DNA from: Oopsacas minuta
Taxonomy: Eukaryota; Animalia; Porifera
Length of the DNA stretch: 64,000 nt
Direction of reading: 5' to 3'
Assembly (NCBI GenBank): GCA_024704765.1
Contig: JAKMXF010000077.1
Span: forward strand, 325,220 to 389,219
In this document: positions 11,352 through 22,787 of the stretch, piece by piece
Layout of the letters: each line of letters begins with the position of its first letter
How positions within the stretch are numbered: position 1 is the first letter of the stretch
Position numbers and translations under genes: made by a program
Notes under the pieces: model-generated
Database searches by the model: none
What the model was told of the DNA's origin: nothing
Seen by the model: only the letters and a program-made list of their open reading frames with translations

Positions 11352-14300
11352 ATACGGATACACTGATTATCGCATATAAGAACACCCTTTGGAGTGGCAA
11401 AATATGTTCCTAACAGATATTTTGTACATAAGGCAGAATAATAAAGGATTTGACGTAAATGTAAGTTTTCCCGAGTGTTGTATATACATTCGAAAGTGCT
11501 TACATCAGGGTACTTTTAAGCTATATTCATAGTGCATATGTTGTTTACAAGAGAATTCTTTACAAAAATATGAAAGGGAAGAAATAAGTAACAAGCTGTG
11601 GTGAGTATAACCGATATGTTCAAATCACAGGTATATAAACTACTCAGCATTTGGCCGATTTCTTCATAAAACCAGAAATTGGGAATATTTGTTTGCTAGG
11701 ATTAGCCAATAAGATATTCTAACTGAGTTAGAATCCTATTGCAAAATCATTCTTAATCTTTGTCACTGAATGCTGACTAGTTTATAGAATGAATTCTTGG
11801 AAAGTTGGTAAATCCTGGAAGCGCAAGTATATTCCCAACAATTTGACATTTGAATTATGTGCTAATAAAAATTCCTAGTTGCCATAAAATTTAACACTTT
11901 TGGGAACAGTTTAGCGGTACAAAGTCGAAAGAAGCTCGTATTTACATATTTACAGGAATATTGTGTGAACTTGAATTTGATTTGTCCGAATTTTTAGCCC
12001 ATCATGAATATTGCAAAAATTAGAAATAAATAATTGGGCACTTTCACATATTTGCGTGGGAAATCATTTCTATACCTCAGAGAGCAGAGCTCTCTCGGTT
12101 TGGAAAGAGCTTGGTTTGAGCGGAGTCTATCTCCTTGCTTTGACAACACCCCACATGGCAGCATAATTGGAACAAAAGTTACCATTTCATCACTCAGCAA
12201 AATCGGATATTACTCTTTTGTTTCTGAAAATGTATGTCACGAGAATTAGTTAGGGAATATATCTCAGGGACGTGGTGACATCAGAATCTGAAATTTGCCC
12301 TGAAACCATCGAGTTACATATTTTTTGATTTTGTAAGGCTCCTTAAGTCTAGTTTAACCCAAATGGGATCTAGAAATGACATATATCACGATTTTAATGG
12401 ATGGCACAAGGTGCATTTAGAGGGGCCGATTAAGTATAAAAGACTCAGATTGCCAAGTGACGTTAAACAAAGGGTCACTCGATAGGGCATAGTAATTAGA
12501 ATGTGATGTAGACACTCTCCTGGAAATTCAAGAGTTACTAAGGAAAACATTCATAGACATATTCAATTTAATACTAAGATCACACGAATCTTTCACTGAT
12601 TGCGAATATCGACCTAAAATCTGTTTCAATCAGAATCAAGGAGTTATATAAATTTATATGTTTCAAAAATTGGTTCTTTAAGGTGGCACCAAATTGTGGC
12701 GAAAATATGAAAACATTGGAATAAACTCATTTTGCAATTCATTAGAGTCAGTGGATTTTGGAATGTCACAAGAGATGCCTGTAAATAGATTAGCACACGA
12801 AACCTATAATTCCACCTCTACTATTTCACCTCGTCAGGAATAATAGAGTTGCATGTGCCTGTCAAAATCCCCTACATTGGTGTAATCTAGAAGATTCACG
12901 TGAAAGTTACTTAATAAGTAATCAACACTCTGGGATATTTCGATTATGTGGAGAAGAATTATATATATATGTGTGAAAATTTCAAATTCCCTCTGACTAT
13001 GAAATTTAACATTAACCTAAGTGATACTAACCACCAGACTGTATAGGATTCGAAAATATATTTGATACGACCCAAAAATATGTTCTAGTAGCCATTCTGT
13101 AACCGAGGTGTCTCTATATAAGTAGTGAAACCTGGGTCGCAGTGAGAACTTTCTAATTTTAGTAGTGCCATACAAGAATGCTTAAGAGAAGTGAATATTT
13201 GTACTAACAAGTCAGCAGATCTCTGATCTAGCTGACCAACTGTCTACCCATTCCACTACTTTGGAAAGTAAAGGATAAGAAATCATTGTCATTCAGTTGT
13301 TTGAAAATTCATCACTCATACATAAGTGCTAGTTTCGAAAAGTTTCCATCGCATATTATCCAAAAATACATATTCGTAAATAAGATAAGGGCATCAACTG
13401 CAGATTCATTGAAAATCTTTAAATAACCACTATTCTTTACTTACAGATTATACCACAATTATGGATATCTCTGTACTAATTAGTCTGCCTAATAAATCTG
13501 CTTATAGAACATGCAGCTATTGAGCATTTGGAAACGAATATATACAATAAATATATATTCATAAGGTAAATAACTTGATAAATATTCTTACATTACAATA
13601 AGATGAGGATGATCTATTGAGGATAATTCTCTGTATACATCCACTAGTTGTTTCTTCTACAGAGACAACAGAAATACTAATATCTTCAAGCTGAAGGACA
13701 TGACCAATCTCAGGCCAATATCTAAAGTATTCACCCTAAAAGAAATCTATAAAATATATCCAATATGAAATCAGAAAGATATACTCTATTACACCTAACT
13801 AGCAATTGAAACGAAAATTATAGGATCCAAGTGATCTCTATATGCAGACCCCGACTGAAGAAACATTGTAGTGACTCAATAATATTGATTTTATAGTATA
13901 AGACAGGTCTGGCGATTAATATATGTTAGCCCGTGGGTAATCAGATTCTGCCATGTGGCTGACCTACGGTCACTGCTCCGACGGCGCCGGCACTGATATA
14001 TATTTTTTAGAATGTGTTTTCACATGATTAACATAATAGAGAAATCGGTAACAACTTCATGAGGTTTCTAAAATGTACTAATTTTTAAGAAAGATTTTTT
14101 CTAACACTACATGGTATGAGTTACAGCTTATCGTGACCAGTTTAAGGAGATAATTGGCTGATTTAACATGGGCACCTATACACACAGACGTTGCATTCCC
14201 ACCTCAGGGTAAAATCGTATATGCCTATAATTATGGACGTACTAAAAGTCTTGTTGTAATGGGACATTTTACTGGCATTTGTATTATAATGAGAGGAAAT

Positions 14301-15133
14301 CTCTAAATAGAATTTAAGTGGAACTTTCTTCCAAACTGACTCAATCTGGCTGAATTTCGTGTATAATAATGGGTGACATGGGATTTGTACTTAAGATAAC
14401 TTTAATCCAATTGAAGCCTAGCGCTTGTAACTGTGTAAACTATGTAATATAAATGTATCCCTAACACATATAAATATTATTTTCATGCATCTGAATGTCT
14501 CTTACAATGTATATTGCCATCATTTGTTTACGTAATGGCCGTTGTTGCACAATTTAGGAATATTTAAGCAGTGTCAACAAAGTCGTCAAATAAGGAACCT
14601 TCGATTAGTTCTATCCTCGTTGAGAATCATATTAACATATGAGAGTGTGAGTGTCGCCGAAAATGGTGAATTCATAGCATTCTATATACTAAGCTATGGT
14701 GCTGATTGATGGATTTTAACCAAGGTTATGTTAGTCAGTCCTAAGTAATTCGAGTGTGGTGATAGTATTTACGTGTATTGAAATTTGAGATTACTAGTAG
14801 TGTAAATTTATCTACAAACTTTCTCCAGCCCAAAATGATGAAATCTGAACGAAACTTCGGTTTTCTATCTCTGTATATATGTGAGTAAACATTTACCGGT
14901 ACAAAATAATAATTATGTAACCAAATGAAGTGGTTGTACTAAATATCAAATTCTTTTGACGATTAAGTTCGCATGTTTCTGAGTTACATTAGAGATCATG
15001 GATGAAATGTGACAGCCCTTTGGCGGCGAGGTGGGATAAATTGTTTCTAAAGAGACACAAATCTATTATCGGGAAACAGACCCAATTAAGTTTTGCAATG
15101 AAATTGGAAAAGTATTAGCAACAGGTTGAGCAA

Positions 15134-16110
15134 ATGATTGTTCATTATATTAACTACTTACCGAGGGGAGAAAACATATTTCAAGGTGTACTTACGACCA
15201 CTGACCATCGCATGGCATTTGTACCTGATTTGAATAACATTGTAGCAATTTTTCATATTAATTACTATTTTGGAAAAGAAATATGCAGTAAAATTATCAG
15301 AACTCCAAAAAAACTTTAATAAGATGAAATACCTTTATGATATTACGGATTCCTAGATAATCTATAGAACAACAAATGTGTAAAAGAATAGGAAATTCCA
15401 ATAACTAGCTGAAGATTCTCAAAGTATTAGAATAGTTAATGTAAGCATAATCCATGGGGTTTTCAATATGTTCCAGACCCTCCATCATAATTACACAATT
15501 AAACATTCATATTCTAATTCGTCTATAATCTTCATATTTATCCACTACATTTCGGTGAAATGCTGAGTGAGATGGGAATGCTTGGGTTGCCCAACACTCC
15601 ATATAGACATATGATCCATTGTCGTGTGACCTTTGGCATTCAGTCTGGTAAAAAGGCACCTGACAGCTAAGGTTTTCAAAACAAGACTTGCGGTTAGACA
15701 TGAACTTCAAAACCCTAAAGAGATACCTGCAGAAATTAGAAACAAATTTCTGAAATGGATTGGAATGTCAAAGCTATTTGTCTTGTATAAGGTCGAATAT
15801 TTGTAGCATGCATGAAATAATATATACAATTATGATTTTAGAGCAATAGGTCTGGATCAAATTGAATGTCCCAAGTGCACTCATTAAAATAGGATTTTCG
15901 GGTAGTATTGAAGTTTTTAAAGAATACACAGAATAAGAACCAGGAAATGCGATTTTTGGAAAATCCAAAATGTATCATCATAGGAGTGAGTTCTTGTCTA
16001 AGATTCGAACTTGTCCAAGCCAGCCCAAAGTACCCAGTATGCCGAAAATCAGCTCGTGAGTCTCAGTTTCTTCAATCAATTCTGGACATACAAAGATATA
16101 TATGCACACA
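15134..16110 (+). pseudogene. Decayed myotubularin-related (MTMR1/2-like) sequence
   Basis: Colinear fragments in shifting frames: VHYINYLP..GVLTTTDHRMAF (GRAM-like), KRIG..AEDSQSIRI, TYDPL, IPAEIRNKFLKWIGMSKLFVL, CPSQPKV and RKSARESQFLQSILD. Recalled MTMR2 counterparts are YDPL, [25 protein letters not shown], RCSQP and KRSKEDEKYLQAIMD. No phosphatase CX5R motif was found. Confidence 0.45.
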
Positions 16111-17529
16111 TAAATATACTGATGAATTGCATCTTAATAGTAAGGTTCAGTATTCAATATATTTCAGTTATGATTTTAAATTACATATATATACAGCTCA
16201 GCTGTGACCGGATCGCATGAATAAGACCTTATTTCAAGTAGAACTAAGATAAAATTATCAATGTACGTTTAAGGACAAAAATAATTCTGAAATAGGAAGA
16301 AGAACAAAATTGTGAATGCGATCTAAAAACTCTAAGGAATCCTCATATTCTCGGGAAAGGCCAAAAAAGTTAGATAATTCAAGAAAATGTCCATTAAATA
16401 ACATCCTTAGTAAGTTGCAACGACTCCCAGGAACACATAGGGCTGTCATGCAAATTTCTGGTTAACTCTCAGGCTCCAGATTAAACGCTAATGCCATTAA
16501 AGTCATCATTTCTATCCCAATAGAGATTTAAAATATCTCATATTCTCGGCCAAAGGCAACCTACCTAGATAATCTTATTCCTACATTGATCATTTTAGGC
16601 CTTAGTATCGACTATGAATTTACTAACATCTATGGATATCTCATCGATTATGACTAACTTGGATTCAGACAGTTTACTCGGTAGAAATCAAAACATTGGA
16701 GCAATGATAGGTATTTCGCCTCAAAATTCAGTTATAGGCAAAGCATAAGCATACCACGAATATTGTGTGCTGCTTTGCTTGTAGGAGCTATTAATAACAC
16801 CTTAATATGATCGGGGTTAGTACTAGGACAATGATTTAAAACACATAGTTTAACGCTTCATACAAAGCTTTGATTATTGTACTCTTACCGAATCCAGCAC
16901 CTCTAAAATCTACTTATACATCGGGAGCTATTTGTTCATTATTGAGTAGTTAAACTATGTATGCATATTATATGATGAATGTAACTTGGACCATATCCCA
17001 CTGAACTAATCACCACTCATTCTATTAGGAACATGGAAGATTCCCGCTGTAGGCGAACTAGAGGTGAAATCCACTTTACAAGTTTTCCCCTTATTTTCCA
17101 CCAAGTAGTCCGTAACCTCGATTACAGCTACACCTTCATTATGTACTACTTCACCTACTGCAATTGATAAGCGAATCCTCACATCAAATTCAGGATGAAT
17201 TTTAGTAATTTTCTGACTAGATTGCAAATCACATATAGAAGCAAATGTTGTAAACAAAAATCTTCTAATTCATTAGGCCATGTATGAAGTGTTCTATCAA
17301 ACATTACTGAAAAATATCATTTTACAACACTAACCCCTAGTCCATAATCCATAAAGTTTCAATATTACCGGAGTCGAGATACGCATAAATGATTAAATCT
17401 AATATAATACGAATCTCTTAAGATGTACTCGAGAAATAAAATGTAAATTCATTTCCTATCTAATTAACGAAACACGTTTTACAGTGAATATATTTGATTT
17501 CTGTATGGACGGAAAATATAAGAAGCTAG

Positions 17530-18050
17530 CTAATTATGTTAAAGATCCTGGGGTAATTTATTGGCTTCTAATCCTGAATTAAAGAAACGCATTCAGACAT
17601 CTACTGCTCTGGATCAATTGCTCTCAAAAACATTAGTAACATAGACAAACATTTTGATAGAGGAAAGTTGAATAACTTGTAAAATTGATTTCTTTAATCA
17701 GATTTTGGGAATAGTGAATTAGAGATTTATAGATCAAACGAATCCAAATGGTCCCGGAAAACTGATAATTAGCTAGAATATATTCGGCCACATTACATCG
17801 ATTTTATGTGAACTCTATCGGGAAACAATAAATAGAAGAATATATAAATATATTGTTGCTAAAATACAAATCTCTTATTCTTTAGGCCCCGAAAATAATA
17901 TAATATACTTCAACTTCAGCAAGATATAAAGATACCAAGAAGAAATTCAATGATAAAAGGGCGTACTCGATTGCTCCTAAAAGTTGTAACTCTATTCGAG
18001 TTTGTAGTAGAAATTCACCTTTTAGATATTATTGACATGAAGAACTTAAA
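17530..18050 (+). pseudogene. Possible CR1-like LINE 3' relic
   Basis: VKDPGVIY (KDLGV-like) and LEYIRPH in a decayed frame. Weak. Confidence 0.25.
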
Positions 18051-19196
18051 ATGGTAATTATTCGCAATACATGATAATGTCCTATGGTCACTTTAGGGTA
18101 TACATTATTCGAACCTGTATATATTGAACTATGAAGCGCATTGGGACATTATCTATAATACACTCCCAAGTACTTTAATATCACTATTCATTTTCAATAT
18201 ACGAGCTCCACTGATAACAAATTATTGAAATATCAAAAATATCGTGAATTTAGGCTATGAATTTACAATAAACTAGACTGACATAATTCTATAGTTCCAA
18301 TGAATACTACACGTGGTCTCAGCAAAATTTCAATTGTTAAAATAAGGAGAAGGTTAATGCACTGGATGCTAGGACATGACTGATCCAGACATATCTTATG
18401 ACACAAGAATACATTTCATATATTGTGTGGGAAAAATGTAGAACTTACATTCTAGCAATATACACGATAACCTACGCCTAATACTTTAGCTATGCACAGG
18501 TACACGGTTATAAACATTTACAACTATGTACACCTACATGGACATAGAATTACCACTTTCTAGTTATAAAAATCAATTCATGTGTCCGAATTTAGCTACC
18601 TTTTTGTGAACCTCAATCGTCGACTTAGTAGGAAATGTTGACCCATAGGAATTTCAATTACGGAGAGCTAGAGTAAGTATATTTTGGAATATTTTAAATA
18701 GATAACCGCAATAATAAATACCTAACTACCTTAGCAACAATGTCATTCCAAATATTTACTGTATTACGTGTGCAGGTAATCATTAATTTGATGTATTTCT
18801 TATATTAGAACAGCTTATGTAATTATAATAAGTTTGTGTTTTTGGTTGTCAGGTTTTGATGGCCTGGTGGGCAATATTTTAATTAGATTACAGTGTTGGG
18901 AGTGCTGCATCTACCAGGTGACAAAAGAGGACTATAATTTATTGTTAATCGCTTATAGTACCTACAATTTTGCAATTATATACCAAATTTCAGACGTGGA
19001 CAGGGGCGCAAAATATATTTTTAAGTACATCAATGCTTGGACCGGACAAAATTGGAAAAATTTATTATTAGAATCTTCTTGAATTTCAAGTAAATTCTAT
19101 TTATTCTTGCCCTCATGTAAATTTAGATGATACATCAAATGTATTTTTATCTTTTTATGTCTAATAATAGCTCCTAGTGAAGCAATAGTCTCTGTT

Positions 19197-19953
19197 GTGG
19201 CCAACAATGAAGCATATGGTATCTATATTCTAAAGAGCAAAAGTCCTAAAGCAATAGTTCAGTTTTTTATTAATGATAAGAATATTTCTCCTGAAGAACA
19301 TGATAATATTCAATATACGTTCAAGCACCTTATATCATCTAGAGAATATTCCCGGAAGAAGAGTGATCTTGACACCTGGGTGAGTTTGACCTTCCATTCA
19401 TGTGCTTCTCCTTTAGCAACTTCCATTCCGAGAAAGAAGAGAATTTCACTCGATCCTGGATTAGAACTTCGTAAAGTTTCTGTTTCTGAAAGTCGAAATT
19501 TCTCCAAAGAAATTGTCCATGATTCCAGAAAGCATTTACTTGATTGCAATCTTCAAACTTCCAGATTTGGACTGATCATTCTTTCAGACTATATTCATTT
19601 CTTAGCCCAAAGACAAAATGTCGAGCCTAAGCAACTTGCTGCCCTGGCTTTAGAATAAATCTCTAAGAATTTATATGATCGTGATACTTTACAAGTGTGT
19701 AAGGAGACCATCAACAAAGGTTCTTTTAGTATAAAGCGACAATCGGTAAATCTGCCTATTTGTTGGACCCTTTAGAGTTTGGACCTACCAAATATTAAAA
19801 TTTCAAAAAGTTATCCATCATACGTCAAGTTAAATTACCATCCTATGAACGTGTCTCCAGATATCATAGAGAAATAACTTTGATAGATTAGATTGAACTA
19901 GTCCATGATCCTGCTGTTTCTCAATTGGAACTTTTATCTCCCAACATTCGATA
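19197..19953 (+). pseudogene. RAG1/Transib-like transposase, 5' segment (NBD-like and DDBD-like regions), cut by Chapaev insertion
   Basis: ORF 19197-19658 contains SRKHLLDCNLQTSRFGLIILSDYIHFLAQRQNVEPKQLAALAL, resembling the RAG1 NBD (RQHLL...LLAL). It is followed by YLLDPLEFGPTKY*NFKK...LPSY, and the frame continues into 22788 once the insertion is removed. Confidence 0.6.
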
Positions 19954-22787
19954 CACGGGTCTCTCAGAAAATCATATTGATCGAAAAAACGAGGTCCTTG
20001 AGATTTTTCATGATTCTTGTGTAGAATTTTGCGTAGAATCCGATTCTGTTGTCAAAAAAATATTTCCCACACAAATTTTTCGATAAATTTATTTTTTTGT
20101 AAAAAAATAATTTTTTACAATTCGAATATTTTAGATTCTCATCATGACAGCGATGGCAGATGCATCACCATTGGCAATCAGATATTATTATGATATGCTT
20201 AGACATTGTTGTTTACATCTGCATGCACTTAGAATTTTCAATAGTATTGCGGTTTTATTCTATTCTATTATGTCATTCATTTTTCTGTATGGTATCAGGT
20301 TCGAATAGTTTAACAATAGTAACAATAGTTTGATTGCACGTCATTAATCACCTAATCGTGTCCTTTGAATACTTTTAAGTAGTTTCCATTCAGTGATAAT
20401 TAGTAATTAAAGGTGTTTAACGAATATCTGTTTGCATAGAAAAACTATTTAAAGAATGCTTGTACTCATTTTCTATATAATTTTTCTGATACATAATTGT
20501 TCTGATATCTATTTCTACTGTTGGTATTTATGAGTAAGCACGAGTCTGCAAAAGACAAAATTTGTCGTTGGTGTTGTATTAAAGTTGGGAAGATAACTAT
20601 TAAAAACAATAGCCTTATTTCTACTCATTTGGGTGAGCAATATTCGAAGTTTTTCGAGCCAATCGATCCGATGGACGATAATCGGCCAAATGTTTTGTGC
20701 AATACTTGCAAGCTCTATTTGGTTAATCGATCAATGCATGATGATACTTCAAGGGAAATTCCTGTTCGATTCAATTGGCCAATTATACGAAATACTCGCT
20801 TGAATACGTGTAGTTCAGTCAATACCTGTGTAATGTGCATGGAAAGTTCGAGATTTGGACCTAGAAATCGTGCTTCTTTGCAAATTCTCCACGAAAAACC
20901 TGGACGTCCTGCGATCAACTCTCCCAAAAAGGTTCTTAACCTTTGTAGTAAGTGTTTAATCACAATAAGTCCCGGATTTCCGCATACTTGCTCAAAAACT
21001 TCTTTGGTAAATAATAGCCAATTTTTGTTAGCACGAAAACGTTCTATTGAACCTGTCGTATGTTTCGAAATCTTACGAAAATTCCGCAGTGCAAGTGAGG
21101 ACTCGCGTATAACGTTACCTAGACCATCGGGAGGCCATCCAATTCATATGCTTCCTGGTAATTTGGACCAGTTACCTCAACACAAAATGCCCAAAATGGA
21201 TTTCTCTGACATCGCACAGATAAAATGCACTGGCGGAGCAATGAGTAACAAGCAACTAAAAGCTGTAACCAAAGTAATAAGGGATGCTGGCGTGGCCTGT
21301 CCATCAATGAAGGACTATTACGACGAACGGAAACAATATTGTGATGATATATTCGAATGCGTCCAATTAGATCTGGAATGGAGCAAAGAGAAGTATTCCT
21401 CTGATATCAGAAAGACTTGGGTCGTACGCTGTTGCAACATCGACAAACTGATAGAAAAAGTCTACAACATTAGCGGAGAATCTTCAGTTTACAGTTTCAA
21501 TTTTAAGCTTGGCCTTGATTATGGTTGTGGGTTCACTAAGCTTGTCATGTGTCTACAACTGGAAAATTCTGTGCGAAATCTAATCTTCTTATGGGTATCA
21601 AGTGCTCCTGAAAATAATTACAATTTTTCTATAATACTGAATGCCCCGGAAATTCAAAAGTTTATTCATGAGTACAACGTATCTTTTACCTTTGATCTCA
21701 AAGCCGCTGCTCTCTGTCTGGGTATTATGCTTGGACGTTACCCATGCATTTGGTGTGTATGGGATGCTAAAAGTGGATTGGATCATGTCGAATTCAAATC
21801 AAGATCATCAGCACATCATGCAGAGATGTACCAAAAATTGTGTGAAGAATATAACTCCGACTCAAAGAATCATGCGATTGACTGTGATGGTGTAGAAGAT
21901 ATGGAGGCTCTTGGTGTATGGATGGTTGACTACATGCAGATGTTCAATATTCCCGAGTTACATCTTTTGTTAGGGGTTGGTCAGAAGTTGTACAATGCGA
22001 TCGTGGCTACAATGTCTGAAGAAGAGTTAGTTACACATGAATTATTACTGAAGCACAATAACATATCTCGAAGTTCTTACCATGGAGGCGCATTTGAAGG
22101 TAATGCAATGCGGAAAATTACATTGATGGTTGAGCAGATTGGTTTTCCAATTAGCAACTCATCCAGCATTGCTTTAAAGCGATTTTCAGAGGTAGTGAGG
22201 ACATGTTTTGGGCAAAAGATACAAGGTGATTACAAACTGGCGATATTTCAATTTGAAGAAGCATTCAAATTAACTGGGCTGAATTGTTCAACAAAAGTCC
22301 ATATAGTGTGCAGACATGTTATCCCATTTATCACCAAATTCCTTCCAGTTGGTATGGGATTGGGCGCCGTTTCAGAGCAGGCAGCTGAATCAGCTCATTC
22401 TCGATTCATCAAAGTTTGGAGAAATTATCAATGTAGCGAGTCTCTAGAAAATTACGGCGAAAACCTACTAAATGCTGTCAAGGAAATTAATTTCGTTAAT
22501 TTTATAAGTACTTAATTTATTCTATATGTGACTGATGGATGTATTATATTCAATGTATGAGTGATAACGATGATTCTAATATGATAAATTAGCAACCCGA
22601 CAACATATAAAAATGGGAACTAAAAAAATTGTTTTTTTACAAAAAAATATAAAATAACTCAAAAATTTGTGTGAGAAATATTTTTTTGGCAACAGAATCG
22701 GATTCTACACAAAATTCTACACAAGAATCATGAAAAATCTCAAGGACCTCGTTTTTTCGATCAATATGATTTTCTGAGAGACCCGTG
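19954..22787 (+). mobile_element. Chapaev (CMC superfamily) DNA transposon, full length, apparently intact
   Basis: Termini CACGGGT...ACCCGTG. TIRs of 127 bp (19954-20080 and 22661-22787) with 3 mismatches, the first 78 bp identical, extending more loosely inward. 4-bp TSD GATA (19950-19953 and 22788-22791). One long ORF. Confidence 0.92.
20530..22515 (+). CDS. Chapaev transposase (661 aa from ATG 20530; ORF track starts at upstream TTG 20521)
   Basis: N-terminal Chapa motif H-x7-CRxC (HESAKDKICRWC), then D..P...CNTC, W, CVMC and GRP. RAG1/Transib-like core motifs GLDYG, FDLK...CIWC, PELH, KVHIVCRH and SEQAAESAH. No stops or frameshifts. Confidence 0.9.
   Translation: MSKHESAKDKICRWCCIKVGKITIKNNSLISTHLGEQYSKFFEPIDPMDDNRPNVLCNTCKLYLVNRSMHDDTSREIPVRFNWPIIRNTRLNTCSSVNTCVMCMESSRFGPRNRASLQILHEKPGRPAINSPKKVLNLCSKCLITISPGFPHTCSKTSLVNNSQFLLARKRSIEPVVCFEILRKFRSASEDSRITLPRPSGGHPIHMLPGNLDQLPQHKMPKMDFSDIAQIKCTGGAMSNKQLKAVTKVIRDAGVACPSMKDYYDERKQYCDDIFECVQLDLEWSKEKYSSDIRKTWVVRCCNIDKLIEKVYNISGESSVYSFNFKLGLDYGCGFTKLVMCLQLENSVRNLIFLWVSSAPENNYNFSIILNAPEIQKFIHEYNVSFTFDLKAAALCLGIMLGRYPCIWCVWDAKSGLDHVEFKSRSSAHHAEMYQKLCEEYNSDSKNHAIDCDGVEDMEALGVWMVDYMQMFNIPELHLLLGVGQKLYNAIVATMSEEELVTHELLLKHNNISRSSYHGGAFEGNAMRKITLMVEQIGFPISNSSSIALKRFSEVVRTCFGQKIQGDYKLAIFQFEEAFKLTGLNCSTKVHIVCRHVIPFITKFLPVGMGLGAVSEQAAESAHSRFIKVWRNYQCSESLENYGENLLNAVKEINFVNFIST

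Noticed and set aside
12690-12850. Protein kinase (DFGMS motif)
   Set aside because: An isolated motif with no HRD or APE context and nearby stops; compatible with chance.
13600-13800. LINE RT relic (NLRPISK)
   Set aside because: A single motif without supporting neighbours.
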